From contig NW_026931856.1 in NCBI RefSeq assembly GCF_032062105.1, forward strand, positions 248,001-312,000: 64,000 bases of DNA, given 5' to 3'. Positions 61,245-64,000 of this stretch are shown piece by piece. The notes beneath the pieces are model-generated. The model saw only the letters and a list, made by a program, of their open reading frames with translations. It searched no databases and was not told the origin of the DNA. Source of the DNA: Saccostrea cucullata (taxonomy: Eukaryota). Numbering within the stretch: the first letter of the stretch is position 1; every line of letters begins with the position of its first letter. The position numbers were made by a program, and so were the translations under genes.

Positions 61245-63948
61245 CTACTGGTCAGTGAACTGAGTATTGATGTGAGCAGCGGTCATCTGAGGATTGACCA
61301 TCTGTTGTTGGGGGACTGGTTGTCCTGGCATGCTCTGCTGCATCATTTGTTGTTGTTGTTGCTGCTGTAGGAACATCTGTTGTTGTAAGTGAGGATCCTG
61401 CAGTTGTTGAGCCAGCATCTGTTGTTGTTGTTGTACCTCAAAAGCCTGTTGTTGCTGCTGCATTTGAACCTTTAGAACAGATTACAGTACATGATAGAAG
61501 AAAACAACCCCATTTCCTTCTTTCTGAAGAAATGGGGAGAACAAGTATAGGTGATTCAATAAAATATGTTTAAAACAATGTATACCTGTTGTTGAATACT
61601 AGGTTGGGACTGGTGTCTGGCATGCATTATCTGTGCTACATTGTACACATAAGTTATATCTGGCCTTTGCTCTGGGTTTGGGTTAATACACAGGGCAACC
61701 AAATTCCTTAACTAAAAAAGGCAAACAAATATTAATGGCTATACTCAAAACTTTTAGCTTCTTAGTATCCTATACAGTTTTCGATATATAATAATAAATA
61801 TTTTCCAACACTTGCCTCCTCTGAGTAACAGTCAGCTGGTAGAGGGGGGTAATCACATTGATCAATTTTCTTGCATAAAGAATAAAGATTCATCTTGTCT
61901 CCATAGAAAGGTGATTGAAGAGCCGCCATCTGTTTGAATATGAAAAATTCTTATTACATCAATGAAGTTCAATATAATTGGCCAAGAAAATTAAAAGATA
62001 CTAAATTAATATACGGAATTTCATTTCATTTTCGTTTCATTTTATTCAGGTAAAAATCTCACAGAATGTCATGATTCACATATTAAAAACATTACAGACT
62101 AGCATACTACTAGGACAAAAAAGAAATACACACACATTATCTCTGCACTATGCTACTTAAGGAAGATCTAATTTAACATATATATGTAATTATTATTAAA
62201 TAAATTACATGACATACAGATGATAGATATTACCTAAGGATAGCCCATAAAAGCCTTATTAAAAAAGCTTATTTCCAATGGGGTCTTCAAATAACAGCCA
62301 TGTTAGTAAACAAAAAATAACAAAATTACATAAACACTGGAATTTAGGCAGGTACTTTTCTGAGTTTAGCATAATGCTTTGAAAAATGACATGTTTACAG
62401 TAGCACATTTTATCTTTATAATTATCACAAAATACTTATATACTAAAATAGTAAATAAACGATAAAATTAGACAAGCTTTTTATGTAGTAACACTAGCAT
62501 TTGTAGATAAAAAAGATTTTACAGCTTTTTTAAAACTTTGTTTTGTTTTCACCTCTTTGATCTCCAGTGGCAATGTATTCCAATCTTTGATAGCATTATA
62601 GAAAAAACATGAAGACTCTTTCCCTTTAATCTTTGGTATAATAAAATTCTTATTTGTTGCACTTCTTGTGATATTATTATTTAATACAAAATGATCATGG
62701 AGGTAAGCTGGTGCGTTACCATGATATATATTAAAAACATGATTTAATCTTAATTGTTTAGCTCTATCCTTTACTCTTAGCATATTTAGAGAGTTTAAAA
62801 TATTGTTAGAAATACTCTCTCTAGGACTAAGGTTTAAAATGAACCGTACTACTTTGTTCTGGGTTACTTGTAATCTGTGTTTAAGTTGCTTGTTTATTCC
62901 ACAATACCAAGAAGAACTGGCATAGTCAAAATAACATTGTATCAAGGCAGAACATAGGGTCTTTCTAGACTGTGTACTAAGACAGAATGCATTTCTATAT
63001 AAAAACTTAAGTCTAGCATTAACCTTTTGTATGATACTTAAAACAATATTTTCACATGAAAGAAACTTGTCAATACAGATTCCTAAATATTTAACACTGT
63101 CAGAACCTTTAATAATGTGACCATTACATACAATTTTAAAATCTGTGATACAGAATAAATATATGAAACCCACCTCATACAGTAGAAGCCCAGGGACCAC
63201 ATGTCTGATATAAAGTTGTACTCACCTCATACAGTAGACAGCCCAGGGACCACATGTCGGACTTAAAGTTGTACCCTGTTTCATGGATCCTCTCAGGTGA
63301 CATATAATAAGGTGTTCCCACTGTGAAGAAATATTGGAAATTGCATGAAGGTGTTTTTTTTCACTCTTACTTGAATTGAATATAACAAACAGTTTTAATC
63401 TATATCCTTGCTGTAAGACTGACCTTTTTGAAGCTGATTGGTTAAGGGGCAGAACCAAATGAAAGAAGCTCAGAAGCACAAATTGGGAGCAGTATTTTGA
63501 AATTTGATTCATACTATATTTTGTCAAAAATTAAGAATCACATCTACAGTCCCTGACATTGCAGATTTGATGACAACCATTTTGCCAGTAGGAATGCATT
63601 AAAAAATAATACAATTTACATCTTATGTTTTATCCTCTATTAAAGGGACATAAATCAGTTTGCTGTATCAATCAAAGTTTGTTAAAACCATCATATTCCC
63701 AAGGACTTATCAAGGATTTTGCAGATAATCCTATGAAACTTCACTATACATTGTATCTGTAAATTGGTTTTGTTCTAGACAGGATTTACTGTGCTGGCAC
63801 AGGATATGTGTACAGTACATACTACGTCAATCCATTTTACCTAGAGAGTGTGCAGCTGTGGTTTTGGAGCTGAAGAATCGCCCCAGGCCTAGATCACCCA
63901 ATTTGACTATTCCCTCTGCTGTTATAAACACATTAGCAGGTTTGATGT
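61245..63948 (-). CDS. NEK7: NIMA-related kinase NEK6/NEK7 pro-orthologue, 3' part only (continues past the window end), with a glutamine-rich C-terminal tail
   Basis: Exons 63948-63841 ([36 protein letters not shown]), 63320-63226 ([32 protein letters not shown]), 61929-61816 ([22 protein letters not shown]...), 61711-61586 and 61469-61245. The DLG motif and activation loop are typical of NEK6/7. Confidence 0.95.
62018..63150 (-). mobile_element. 5'-truncated L2/CR1-group retroposon in a NEK6/7 intron
   Basis: ORF 62481-63200 contains [23 protein letters not shown] and [13 protein letters not shown]. The 3' tail on minus is aataaaatgaaacgaaaatgaaatgaaa. Confidence 0.88.
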
Positions 63949-64000
63949 CTGTAAAATAGGGAAAGTTATAAAACTTACAAAACAAGAGCATGCAAAAGCT

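Noticed and set aside
63151-63200. N-terminus MVPGLLLYE of ORF 62481-63200 as a kinase-RT fusion
   Set aside because: It is a chance in-frame join between the duplicated NEK exon end and a truncated retroposon, with no ATG start or other evidence of a fusion gene.

Overview
AT-rich, intron-containing animal DNA, most likely an oyster (Ostreidae): it carries 166-bp Cg170/HindIII-type satellite monomers inside Helentron-like (HINE/pearl-type) elements. I could rebuild eight protein-coding genes from splice sites and reading frames. They are an uncharacterised 390-aa gene with a possible PD-(D/E)XK nuclease fold (-), ABHD16A/BAT5 (+, 19 coding exons), an uncharacterised 413-aa gene (-), ZNHIT6/BCD1 (-), PSMB7 (+), FAM78 (-), PLPP6/7 (+) and the 3' half of NEK6/7 (-). 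The human homologues of these genes lie in the MHC (6p21) and its paralogous regions on 9q33-34 and chromosome 1, so the window looks like a conserved proto-MHC block. Introns and intergenic DNA hold many mobile elements: Penelope-like, HERO-type and CR1/L2 retroposon relics, HINEs with satellite arrays, MITEs and a SINE. There is also a complete 490-bp miniature LTR retrotransposon whose LTRs contain a tRNA-Thr-like gene (Helenus-type TRIM), plus a solo LTR of a related element. Other oddities are a 26-bp minisatellite that forms the 3' splice region of an ABHD16A exon, a NEK6/7 with a polyQ tail, a GC-AG intron and a duplicated splice donor, and higher-order repeats forming inside several satellite arrays. 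All coordinates were read by hand and no database searches were run.
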